Positions 28,601 through 42,500 of a DNA stretch of 64,000 bases are shown piece after piece. Position numbers and translations under genes: made by a program. Numbering within the stretch: position 1 is the stretch's first letter; every line of letters begins with the position of its first letter. Source of the DNA: Auanema rhodensis (lineage: Eukaryota; Animalia; Nematoda); the NCBI GenBank assembly GCA_964057225.1, contig OZ059898.1, forward strand, positions 7,626,001-7,690,000. The letters are read 5' to 3'. The notes under the pieces were generated by a model. That model did no database searches, had not been told where the DNA came from, and saw only the letters and a program-made list of their open reading frames with translations.

Positions 28601-31600
28601 TTACTCACAAAGATTTAATATATATATCACCATCTACAGGACAACTACGATCATTAACTATATTTGATTATGAAAAAATTCAAAATTTAACATTAATCAT
28701 TAATATTTTTGATAATGGATTACTAAGTCGTAATAAGACTTGTAACATTTTCTTAAATATTGTTGATATGAATGATAATAAGCCGATGTTTGATTATACT
28801 CATTATAGGTTTGAACTTTTAAAACTGAAAAACAAACAAAAATTTATATTTTTAGTGTTTTTTCTAAGTTAGAAGACAAGTTTTTGGTTAAAGTTCATGC
28901 GGAAGATCTTGATGCTGGCCAAAATGGTCAAGTTTATTATGAGTTAGACAATCATCAAAATCATTTTTCGGTATGTTTTAAATATAAAATTATTATAATT
29001 TATATATAAATAATTAAGATAAATGAAAGTACTGGTGATATATATATAATATCTAAATTATATCCTTCATCATTATATAATATTAGTATTAAAGCTAGAG
29101 ATAATGGATTATCACAATTATTTACAAATAGTTTTGTATTAGTACGAACTGAAAATGATATCAATCAATTACCTATATTCATTGATAAACCTTTCATGAA
29201 TGCTCTAACGTATGTTTATTCAATTTTAAAAAACAAATTTAAATATTTTCTTTATTTAGAATTGAAAAATCAAAAACACCTATTGGTTCAGTTATTGGAG
29301 TAATAAGAATTGAATCTGATGAGATAATACATTGGAATTCAAATGATTCACGGATATCTATTGATAGTTGGGGAAAGATGATTCTAACTGAAAATGAAGA
29401 TCTTCCATCTCAATTTGATATAATTGCAACAGCTTCCACTAAATATACGAATAGCTCCAAAACATTTAAATTTCAAACAAAGGAAACTGATTCCAATTCA
29501 GATTATATTATTCATGTTAAGGTAATATATATATATTTCTATATATTTTTAATAAAAAGAAAAATAATTTACAGGAAAATCAAATACCGGCAGAACTGAA
29601 GGATTTCAAGACATCAGATGCAAAAATTATCTTCATTGAGCCATCATCTCAATCATTTTCAATGAAAGATGGATTGTTAACTCTTGTTCGTCCATTAGAT
29701 CGTGAACTCATTTCCTCATACCGTATTCTAATACAATCAGAAGCTAAATATCATTTACTTAATATTAAAGTAGATGATGTGAATGATAATGAACCATCGT
29801 GCTTAGAAAAAACTTTGCTCATTACGGAAATTCCAAGCGATGTTCATATGCATTGCTTTGATCTTGATAGTAATGATGATGATAACGAATTATCTATCAC
29901 TACTTCAGACAAGCGTATCAATGTTACTGATAGAATGAGCTTTAGCTTAACACAAGAACTACAGGATGTTGTTAATGTTGTTCATTATACTCTTCACGAT
30001 GGAACACAGATGTCATCATTAACTTTGTTACGTGGAAGTCCTGACCCAGCTATCATCTTTCCATCAACACATTTCTCTTTGCTGTTGTCATCTGCAACTA
30101 AAAAATCGGAATCATTCGGTAGAATAACGGCTGAATCACCTTTACCACTTCAATACTTCGTAATTGGTAGTTCATCAATCAATATTGATAGATTTTCTGG
30201 AGAACTTATTGTTGCTGAAGAGGAAGGAATTCGTCAAGATAAGAATATCACCATTGTGGCTGCTTCAGCCAGAGGCACAGCTACAACTCAAGTTTCAATT
30301 GAAGTGATTGAAGATGCCTTATATGTAACATCTGATGCTTTTCTGATGGAGTTACCACGTGATCAAAAAGTTTCTAAACCAATTGGCAAGATTGATGTTG
30401 GGCGAGCTGGTGTACAGTACATGCTTGAAGATCCGTATTTACTGATGCAGGGAAATTCAGTTATATTACAACAAGAAATTCCGGAACAACAACTTCCATA
30501 TATGGTCTCAATAGAAGCTCGAAAAGGAAGATTATCAGCCATTATAAAGGTAATATTATTAATTATGTGTTATATAATATTATTTAATTATAGTTAATGA
30601 TTATAACTTCTACGAGTGCTGAAGATACCTATCCTTCACGTTTTTGGGTTCGAGAAAACTCAAATTATGGAACAATAATAGGGTCTGTTCCTCAGCCACA
30701 AGAGAAATGGCAAATAGTTGAAAATATTGGATTAACATTAGATTCAAAGAATCGTTTAGTAACATCTCGAATATTTGACCGAGAAGAGGTAATATAATTA
30801 ATAATATATAAATTATAAATTATGAAATATATTTTTAGCAATCAATTTACATCTTTCATATAAAAAATGAACAATCTGGACAAATCATCGAATTAGATTT
30901 ACTAATTGAAGATGATAATGATAATAAACCAATAATCATTAATAATAATATGAATATATCATTATATGAAGATGTTTTAGTTGGAGAAATTATTGGAAAT
31001 ATTAATTTTATTGATTTGGATCTAAGTATGTTTTTTTTTAATTTTTATTATTTAATTTATATTTTCAGATAATATATTTTATTTTGATATTATTTCTGGA
31101 AATGAATTTGGAAATTTCTTTATTTTTTCAAATGGAACTATTCGATTAGAAAAATCATTAGATAGAGAATCAATTTCCAACTTTAATTTATCTATTATTC
31201 TTAATGATGGAATTGCTCCATATCCATGTTAGTTTATATTTATAATATTATAAATTCACGTGAAATACATGTAAAATTCACGTGATTTTCATTTAAAAAA
31301 TATGAAAATGCATAGTTTTGGTTGTATTAGCTATTTATTTCTTTAATTTTTACAAATCTTAGCAATTCTTTTTAGATAATTCTGTGAAAACAAATGTTTT
31401 CATTACTGTATTGGATGTGAATGATAATTCTCCTCTGTTAACATCTTCAAAGGAATTTTATGTTTTTGAAAATTCGCCTATGGGTCATATTATTGGTCGC
31501 TTAACAGCAGATGATTTGGATTCAGAAGATGATGGATTAATTCAATTCCGAATTCTTCCAAATTCTTTACCTATGGCAGAATTTTTAATTAATGGTATTA

Positions 31601-34600
31601 CTGGAGATATTATTGTATGTTTATTATTTATTTTAATATGATTTAACCACATTCTTTTAGGTAAATAAACAAATTGATTATGAGCAATCATCTTTCATCG
31701 AATTTATAGTTGAACTATCTGATTCAGGATCACCATGTCTGAAAAGTCAGGAGAAAATTATAATTCATGTTATTGATATTAATGATAACATTCCTGTTAT
31801 TATAAATAATATAAAAACATTTAAATTATCAGAGGTATTATTATAAATAATTTATTTGATATAATTTTATTTTAGTCTGCACTTATTGGTCAAATTATTC
31901 ATCAATTTCAAATATCTGATCTTGATGGTACAGAAGATAATCGATTAAGCCTATTCTCATTAGCTAATGATTATTCATCAACATTTGATATTTTACCATT
32001 ATCCGGACAACTTATTGTTGCTTCTGATTCGCTTGATTTTGAATTAACTAAATCATACAATCTAACTATACAAGCAACAAATATTGCTGGAGGTGATGTT
32101 GTAGAAGTATGGATAGAAATTCAATTGAAAGATGAAAATGATGAAGCACCACGATTCATAAATGGATGTCCAGTTCATTTTGAGGTAAAATTTTTAAAAT
32201 AATTTGAATGAATCTATTAATTATTATTTATTTTAAGATGTTTGAGAATACAGCTCCTGCCATTGTTGGTGCTACTGTTGCTGATGACGAGGATGATGGA
32301 GATAATGGATTAATTGCTTATAGTATTGTCGAAGGAAATATGACATTATTCTCTGTTAATTCAGCATCAGGTAAATTATTTTATATTTATAATAATAATA
32401 ATAAATTAATACTTAGGTATTATAACATCTCTTGTTCCAATGGATCGTGAAGAATCATCGAAGCATTCATTAAAGATTCAAGTAACAGATTCTGGAAGGC
32501 CTCGTTTATCAGCCATTTGTGACGTCATTGTATGCTGATGAATCAAATTAATATTTTTTATTAATTATAATAATTATAGATTACGATATTAGATGATAAT
32601 GATAATATACCAATATTCAATCAACCATATTATCAAGTTGGAACGGATGAAAATGCTTCTAATGGCACATTGTTAACAACCATATTTGCTGAAGATGCCG
32701 ATTTTGAAGATAATGGACGTATAACTTATCGTATATTATCTCCAGAAACAGTACCATTCATTATTGATCCAAATAATGGTAATATATATACGATAGGTTT
32801 AATTGACAGAGAAATAACATCATATTATGATTTAATAATTGAAGCATCTGATCATGGAAGGTATAATACATATTATATTTTTTATATTTTTTTATTTATT
32901 TATTTAGATATCATCGTAAAACAAATATTATACATGTTTATATACATGTTAATGATCTAAATGATAATTCTCCAATTATTAGAAATAGTCAATTAGATGT
33001 TTTCATTCCATCAACATTAAAAACTGGAGAAGTTGTTCATGTGATTGATGCTTACGACCCTGATTTGAACGATAAGCTTACATTCACATTATCCGGGCCA
33101 GATGCTTCAAGTTTTTCCATTAATGATAATGGCGAACTTATCTTGCAGGTTCATATTCTCCTTTAATTTTTTCTTTTCTTAATTTTAATTTTATAGAAAA
33201 TATGGATTAGTTCTAAATCATATTATTCTATAACAGTAACAGTTAATGATAACAATGATCAAAATACTAGTGCTAGTTTCACATATTATATACAAGATAT
33301 TGATATGTTTCCAAGGTATAATTTATATATATTATATTATATTTATATTTATCTTATAGATTTATAACATCAACTCCAAAAATAGTTATTCGTGAACATC
33401 AATCATCTACTGTTTTTCGTTTTGAAGCCAAACCAACACAAACTTCATCTGGATCCGTCTTGTATTCAATTCTTGGAGGAAATGGAGATGATGTATTTGA
33501 GATTAATACAGTATCTGGACAATTAAAAAGTCGTATAACACTGGATAGAGAACGAAAATCTTCATATCGTTTATGGATTCAAGCAACAAATACAGAAATT
33601 CCACCGAAATCAAGCTGGCAATCTATTGATATCATTGTAGATGATGTTAACGACAATGCTCCTATTTTCAAAAAAGTGAGTGATTAAAAGAATTTTTTTC
33701 ACAAAACAAAAATTGGTGATTTCAGGTAGTATACGATGTTGATATTGAAGAAAATACTTTAACTAAAGATGCTTTACTTAGTGTTCAAGCTACGGATTCT
33801 GATAGTGGCAATAATGGCAATATTACATATTCTATTATTAATGGTATAACTAACTATAATAACTATAATATTATAAATATTATCATATTTAGGTAATAGA
33901 GCCGGAATCTTCAGTATTGACGAGAGCTCAGGAGCCATTTACTGTCATGAGCAACTTGATCGCGAATCTCGAGCTATGCATACATTGACTATCATGGCAT
34001 CGGATCAAGGAACACCATCACTCAATGCAACAGCTCTTGTACAGATTCATGTATTAGATGTTGATGACAACAGTCCACGTTTCACTCGTATATTCTATCG
34101 GGAAATCAGTGAAGATACAGAAGTTGGAACAGAAGTTCTTCAAATAATTGCAACTGATGTTGACGCAACAGAAAACTATACATTCATATTAGATAATTAT
34201 AATGATATATTTAAAATTAATACTAAAACTGGAATGATAACAACATTGAAAACGTTAGATCGTGAAACGGTTAGTATATTTTATAATTTTAAAAGATAAA
34301 AAAAATATTTTTTTAGAAATCAGCTTATCGTCTGATGATACGTGTGGATGATGGTTCATGGACCATACAGACAAATGCTATGATAACTATCAGCGATATG
34401 AATGATAATGCTCCAATATTTGCAAAAGATGAATATTTCTTCTTAATCAATGATAATTCTTTAAAAAATTTAACAAATGGAGGATATATCATTGGTTATA
34501 TCAATGCATCTGATAGAGATATTGGTGACAATGGACGTATTCGTTACCATTTATATTCTGATAACTCATATGTAACTATACATCCATCAACAGGAGAATT

Positions 34601-37600
34601 ACGTCTAATCAGATATCCATCTGATTTGATTCAGGTAATATCAAAATACAAATATATATTATAGAATATTAACATTTATAGATAATGGTAGTTGCAACTG
34701 ATAATGGAAATCCTGAACAATCGACTAACTGTTCAGTAGTAATACTTTGGCAGCCAATAGCTTCTGCCCGACCACAACAATCAGTATTAGCATTTAAATC
34801 TTCTTTGAATCAAACTGTTATTGGTAAATTAGATGATGTATATAAGGTAAGAATTAAAATATTATAATATTTATATAATATTTTGATATTTTCAGATAAT
34901 TGCATTATATCCAAAAAATATTATTCAAATTGATAATAATTATTCAATTTATATATTATCAAATATGAATATAACTATTTCAAATCAAACACTTATTCAT
35001 ATATTAACAATTTCAATATATAATGAATTAATCTATCAACCACTTGAATTACTTATTTCTGATACGATTTTCAAGCCCATTTTTAAGGAGAATAGGTTTT
35101 TGATCATAAACTCTTTCATTGAATTCATTTTTATTTTATTTTTAGAACTCATATTACGGTATCGGAATCTGCTCCTATTGGATCTGAGATTATTTCATTA
35201 GATGCTTCTAATGGAAATCCATTATTAAAGCAAACTCTTCAATATTCTATTCTCAATTCAAACAATAAAGCTTTCCGTATTACATCGTCAGGTGTCATAC
35301 TTGTAGCTTCTTCCACGGAAATTGACTATGAGAGAAACAAAAATCATCATCTGAAAATTGAAGCTAGTGCAGGCGGATATAACTCACTTTTGGATTTGCA
35401 TATTGATATTCTTGATGATAATGATAATTCTCCAGAATTTGTAACAAAGCTTAAGCCATTCATCGTAAGTTTAAACAATTTTCACAAATTAATATATTTT
35501 CTGTTTTTCAGTCATTTTCTCAAAAGGATAGCTTATGCCTAAATGCATATGACGCTGATTCAGAACCCTTAAGCCATACAGAATTCGTGACAAATTCAGA
35601 GGATGTTTTACTTGATTCAGAAACAGGATGTATGTCTGTTGTTTCATCATCCAATATCTCTGAACGGTTTTATGTGATTGTTTCTGCTCTTAATGGAGAA
35701 TATCATCATACCAATTGTCTAATTGATATTATATATATACCATCAATATATACAAATCAATTTATTAAATCAACTAAAGAAGAAATTGTCCGGAAAGACG
35801 TATGCAGTGCTGCTCCTAATGGAACAATTATCTTGAAATCAACCATTCAATCTTCCTTCGCTGTATTACCGTCATCTGAAGTTCATCTCAATATTGATCA
35901 TCGAGTTATTTTCTGGTCAGGTCGTCATCATGAGCCGTTTGCACCATCTGAACGAATGAATGTTTGGGAATTAACTCAATATGGTCGCTTTGCGAAGCAT
36001 TTCCAACTTGATATTCATCTCAACCCCTTAGTAGCTCCAGCTCCGGTGTTTGACAAAGATTATTATGAAATGGATGTTGCTACTCCTGTCAAAAATGGAT
36101 TCATAATTCATAATTTCCATTGGATTCTACCAGCAGATTGTCATGTTGAATTATCATCTGATACTTCGTTTTCTCCGCCAATTTGTTTATCGTCTGATGG
36201 GCTTCTTACAGTTTGTGGTCAAGTTACCCTTCCATTTTATCAAGTGACCTTAAAGGTTAGATTTGTTTAAATTTTTATTAAATTTGGTATTATTATAGAT
36301 TTTCCAAGGAAATTCGATAGTTTCACTCACTAACACCATAATTCGATTCAAGTCTACTTCATGGAAATCAGTGTTGTTGAATACAAACTTTAGAGTTGCT
36401 TATATTCGAGAAAATTCAAATCCTCAACAAATTCTAAGAATTCATAATAACAATGAATTGAAGAATATTCGTTTTAACATAACAAACACAAATATGGCTA
36501 AAGTAAGTTAATATTCTTCTATATTCCTTTATAAATTACAATTTTGTTCAGATCTTTTCAATATCCAATGATGGAATATTATATACACAACATAAATTAG
36601 ATAGAGAACGTCGAGCAGTGTATCGTATACCAATTGAAATATCTTATCAACCTTCATTTACTAAAATGATTGAAGTTGGTGTCATTGTTGATGATGAAGT
36701 GGATTCAACTGATTCGCTTGATTCATATGATGTTCGAATCTTTGCTGCCAGTAATCATGAGATTTATGCTGATGTGCATCCATCAACCATTGATATTAGC
36801 AAGCAATATCGTTGTTTATCAATCAATCAGCCGAAACATAGTGTTAACTCATCCTGCTATCTTCACCTGACAAGCAATTCAGACAACAATTCTTCATTGT
36901 CTTTAATGGCTTCGGATGGTCAAATGCCATACAAATATACAGTTTATTGGAATCATATTGAAACACCTGATGAATACAGTAGTAATCTATTGAATAATTC
37001 TATTGCTTTAACACTATTCGGGCCAGACGATGGTGTCGCTGATTTACTCACAACACTTCGAAGAAACCTTCCGGATTTCACTGTAATTCCTTTAATAGTG
37101 TCCAAAGCTAATTCACTCAATCGTACAATTGTATTCGCTGTAAAAGATCGTAATCAAAATCTATTAATGTCGAAAGACTCATTACCAATCTTCCAACGCT
37201 TCTCTGAAAAGAATATTTTGAGTTCTATTGACATACAGTCTGTCTGGCCAGTCAGCCTACTATGTCAGAATACTCAATCACCATGTTCCGGAAGTTTACA
37301 ATGCCAGCCTTTTACCAAATTTAACAATCAATCTATGTTGCTCCGAGGTCAAACCGAAATATGGAGCATACGTGAAGGATCTTTAAACATCAAGTAAGTT
37401 TGAAAACTTCATTTTCCCGTCTATGAGAATACTTCAGATGTGAATGTGTCAAATCTAATGGATGTTCTTCTTCAATTCTTCCTAAGCTAGTTGTTCTGAC
37501 TGATTCATTGGACTCAGATGTTACTGTTGCACCAATAGCAACCAAAACAATGCCTAAAGTAGCTACAAGTTGTAGCAATTATGACTGTGGAAATCATGGG

Positions 37601-39022
37601 CGGTGCATAGAAACTTCTGAAAATACCTTAATGTGTCATTGCGATGGAGGTTTCACAGCTACTTATTGTGATCTTGGTATATAAGAAAAGCTTCTTTTCA
37701 TATTATTAATAACATTTAATTACAGAGAATTCCGCTATTTCTTTGGTATCTTCGGATCATATCATTATGAAGCCAACAATATCGTTACGTCAATTATCGG
37801 ATGTCGTTATCCCATCTCAGCGATTGACTACCACCGGAATGCCATCATCAAAGGATTGCAACGATGGCCGCCAGCTAATCGAAATGGATTTCAAAACAAC
37901 AACGGATGATGTATTACCCTTACTAACACTTGACTATGGAGATGTTCGGGCTGTTGTTCAACTCAGACATTCTCAGCTTGTATATATGGTGACCGATGGA
38001 TATCGAAATCCAATAGAAATCGTTTTGTCACAAATAGTCTCTGATGGCCAGTTTCATACATTCAGTCTACAATTGAGTCCAGATAGAAAGATGGTTTGTG
38101 TTCAGATTATGATATTTTCTTATAAATTTCTTTCAACATCTTCAGATGACGTTCCAAGTCGATGGAGTAGGTAAAGAAGCTCGTTCAATGAAACCAATGC
38201 CAAATCTTATTTCATCATCTATCAAGAATATTTTGATTGGATCAGCATCAAAGAAAACGTATAAAACTATTAATTTTTTGATATGTTATATAATATTATC
38301 TTTCAGGATTGATTCTATTGTATGTGTTCGAAAGTTACTAATCAATCGTCAACTTCAAGTTTTACAAATGAATCAACATTTTGCTTCATATCAGGTATTT
38401 ATATTAAGTTTCAATCTTAATAACTTATGTGATTATAGTACTTTTTACCTACAACAGTGGGAACTGTTCGATCTTGTTCAAAAACTTCTGGCACACCAGT
38501 TAAACCGATCACGCACTCATCAACAACATCGTCAACCTCATCAGCATCATCCACATTGAACCCAGGACTCTTGGCCACGTTAATCGGCATCGGAGGATTG
38601 ACAGGATGTGCTTTTGTCACGCTTGGTATTTGGAAGGTTTGGAGCATATTAACAACTGATAGCTGTCCAACAGCACCATCCGGCGGATGGAAACCAGCTA
38701 CGGTAATATATCATTATATGTCAACATGTCATCATTCAAACTATTGTAGGAATTTCGAGCGTTTCCAAAACATAAAGATAGTCAACTAGAGGTCCCTTCT
38801 AACCAGATATCTTCAACTTCAATTTGTTCATCGTTAAAAATGACAACAGCTTCATCAGGCCATTTCAATAATGCCATGGCTTTATCGGTGGCTTCTCTTT
38901 CAACATCCGATGACGGTTATGAAGTGCCCATACAGAATTATGTAGAAAATTTTAATCATATGATCTCAGCAAATTGTAATAGAAATTCTTACTCAAAACC
39001 AACTTATAACTCTTACTTTTAA
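22683..39022 (+). CDS. Giant Fat-type atypical cadherin (cdh-3-like): signal peptide, many cadherin repeats, EGF, laminin-G, transmembrane segment, short cytoplasmic tail
   Basis: At least 17 DxND(N/H/E)xP-type linkers plus DRE/DYE/DFE and AxDxD motifs. EGF CSNYDCGNHGRCIE..CHCDGGFTAYYC, LamG VSDGQFHTFSL, TM LLATLIGIGGLTGCAFVTLGIW, tail ending YSKPTYNSYF*. The start is the ATG at 22683 or 22710. Confidence 0.9.
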
Positions 39023-39558
39023 CTGAAATATAGCTTTAAACTAATATCTTGCTTATGGTTGCCTAATTTACTTAGCCAAATTTTTTAATTTTTTTCTTCA
39101 TTTTAATAACCGGTTGTTGATTCGTATTGCTCCTAGTCTGCCCTACGCGGTTCATATATGTATAGTGTTCCTGAAATTTTTTGAAATTCTAATTTAACAA
39201 ATGTTTGTTTAATAAAATCATTGTAATAATTGAGCTATAGAACATTTTGAAAAAGCGATTCAAATATGATCAATTCATCAGCTATACATACCTGCTACAG
39301 TATTAAGATTTTAATTCAAAAATACTTTATTATTTGCTCAAAACATTTCATTGGATCAGATTTTCAATAAAAACTTTCTTTAAGAACGAAATTATTAAAA
39401 AATAATGATTATTAGTAAAGATAGACGAATGATAATTTATGAAACAATTGATAAATACGTAACAACTGACATTTGCCTAATATGGTTAAAATGCCTTTAA
39501 CACTGATTACCAAGCGTTTGAAGTGTTATTTACGCAACTTAAATTGAGGATATCAGTT

Positions 39559-42500
39559 TTAAGTACGACATATACCATCTCCGTAATCCCTCATATTAGT
39601 TGGACAACGACAAGAGTTTGCCTCGCATGTTGAAGATCCGGTGCATTGGGCAGTTACTGAACAAAACTGTCCTGGCTAAAAACAAACGATAAAAGAGAGG
39701 TAATACTGATCACACCTTGGCGAGGTTATAGCAATTTCCATTAACTTGTATTTGGTTATTTCCACAGGTGGAAGTCTTGAATTAGGTAAAATAAAATTAG
39801 CTTAATAATTGTAAATCACACATTATTCAATCTACATGTTCCATTTATGTTTGTGAAATTTGTCGGGCATGTGCAAAAAGTATTGGAACAAATTCCGAAT
39901 CCCAGACACTGAGCAGTATATTGGCAAAACTGTCCGAGTTGCACTTGTGATAAGCATTTGTTGTTTACATTTCTACAATATAATGATCATGATTGCAACA
40001 TGAATATCACGTACACATTTCCGGGAGAGCAGGAAGATATGGATGTTAAACAATGCGTTCCGTTGTAAGTGCCTGTTGAACATTTGCATGTTGTAGAACA
40101 TGCGGCTACCCCTTGAACTGAAAATGAAAAATGGTTTATTTCATCATGGAACAGCAGAACCTTCGCACTGTAGAGAGTTCACACATGATTGCCCTATTGA
40201 TACTTTGTCATAACATTGACCATTCAGAGACACCTTAACAACAGAACATCATAGATTAATAATTTAATTAAAACAAACCTGATAAGATTTACAATTAGGT
40301 ATAGAGCACACTCCGTTGACAATATCGCTTCCTCCTGGACATTGACAACGTCCACCAATGCATTCAGAATTTCCCAAACATTGCTGATTGAAAGAGCATG
40401 AATTACCAATTTGAACAGTTGGATAACACTGATTGTTAATCAAAACCTGAAAAAAGCTGCAAGCTTATAAGGTTGGAAAAGAGCTAACCATGTTATTGCC
40501 ACAGGAATTAGTACACTGTCCGTTAGATACTGATGAACCAGATGGACATTGACAGCGTCCACCACTGCATTCAGAATTTCCCAAACATTGCTGATTAAAA
40601 GAGCATGAATTACCAATTTGAACAGTTGGATAACACTGATTGTTAATCAAAACCTGAAAAAGGCTGCAAGCTTATAAGGTTGGAAAAGAGCTAACCATGT
40701 TATTGCCACAGGGATTAAAACACTGTCCGTTAGATACTGATGAACCAGGTGAACACTGACAACGTCCACCACTGCATTCAGAATTTCCCAAACATTGCTG
40801 AGTGAAAGAGCATGAATTACCAATTTGAACAGTTGGATAACACTGATTGTTAATCAAAACCTGAAAAAGGTTGTAAGCTTATAAGGTTGGAAAAGAGCTA
40901 ACCATGTTATTGCCACAGGAATTAGTACACTGTCCGTTAGATACTGATGAACCAGATGGACATTGACAGCGTCCACCACTGCATTCAGAATTTCCCAAAC
41001 ATTGCTGATTGAAAGAGCATGAATTACCAATTTGAACAGTTGGATAACACTGATTGTTAATCAAAACCTGAAAAGGGTTGTAAGCTTATGAAGTTGGAAA
41101 AGAGCTAACCATATTATTGCCACAGGGATTAAAACATTGTCCGTTAGATACCGATGAACCAGGTGAACACTGACAGCGTCCACCACTGCATTCAGAATTT
41201 CCCAAACATTGCTGAGTGAAAGAGCATGAACTACCAATTTGAACAGTTGGATAACACTGATTGTTAATCAAAACCTGAAACAGGTTGTAAGCTTATAAGG
41301 TTGGAAAAGAGCTAACCATGTTGTTGCCACAGGCATTAGTACACTGTCCGTTAGATACTGATGAACCAGATGGACATTGACAACGTCCACCAATGCATTC
41401 AGAATTTCCCAAACATTGCTGAGTGAAAGAGCATGAATTACCAATTTGAACAGTTGGATAACACTGATTGTTAATCAAAACCTGAAAAAGGCTGCAAGCT
41501 TATAAGGTTGGAAAAGAGTTAACCATGTTGTTGCCACAGGGATTAAAACACTGTCCGTTAGATACTGATGAACCAGGTGAACACTGACAACGTCCACCAC
41601 TGCATTCAGAATTTCCCAAACATTGCTGAGTGAAAGAGCATGAATTACCAATTTGAACAGTTGGATAACACTGATTGTTAATCAAAACCTGAAAAAGGTT
41701 GTAAACTTATGAAGTTGGAAAAGAGTTAACCATGTTGTTGCCACAGGCATTAGTACACTGTCCGTTTGATACTGATGAACCAGATGGACATTGACAACGT
41801 CCACCACTGCATTCAGAATTTCCCAAACATTGCTGAGTGAAAGAGCATGAATTACCAATTTGAACAGTTGGATAACACTGATTGTTAATCAAAACCTGAA
41901 AAAGGTTGTAAGCTTATGAGGTTGGAAAAGAGCTAACCATATTATTGCCACAGGGATTAAAACACTGTCCGTTAGATACTGATGAACCAGGTGAACACTG
42001 ACACCGTCCACCACTGCATTCAGAATTTCCCAAACATTGCTGATTGAAAGAGCATGAATTACCAATTTGAACAGTTGGATAACACTGATTGTTAATCAAA
42101 ACCTGAAACAGGTTGTAAGCTTATGAGGTTGGAAAAAAGCTAACCATGTTATTGCCACAGGAATTAGTACACTGTCCGTTAGATACTGATGAACCAGATG
42201 GACATTGACAACGTCCACCACTGCATTCAGAATTTCCCAAACATTGCTGATTGAAAGAGCATGAATTACCAATTTGAACAGTTGGATAACACTGATTGTT
42301 AATCAAAACCTGAAAAAGGTTGTAAGCTTATGAGGTTGGAAAAGAGCTAACCATATTATTGCCACAGGGATTAAAACACTGTCCGTTAGATATTGATGAA
42401 CCAGGTGAACACTGACAACGTCCGCTACTGCATTCAGAATTTCCCAAACATTGCTGATTGAAAGAGCATGAATTACCAATTTGAACAGTTGGATAACACT

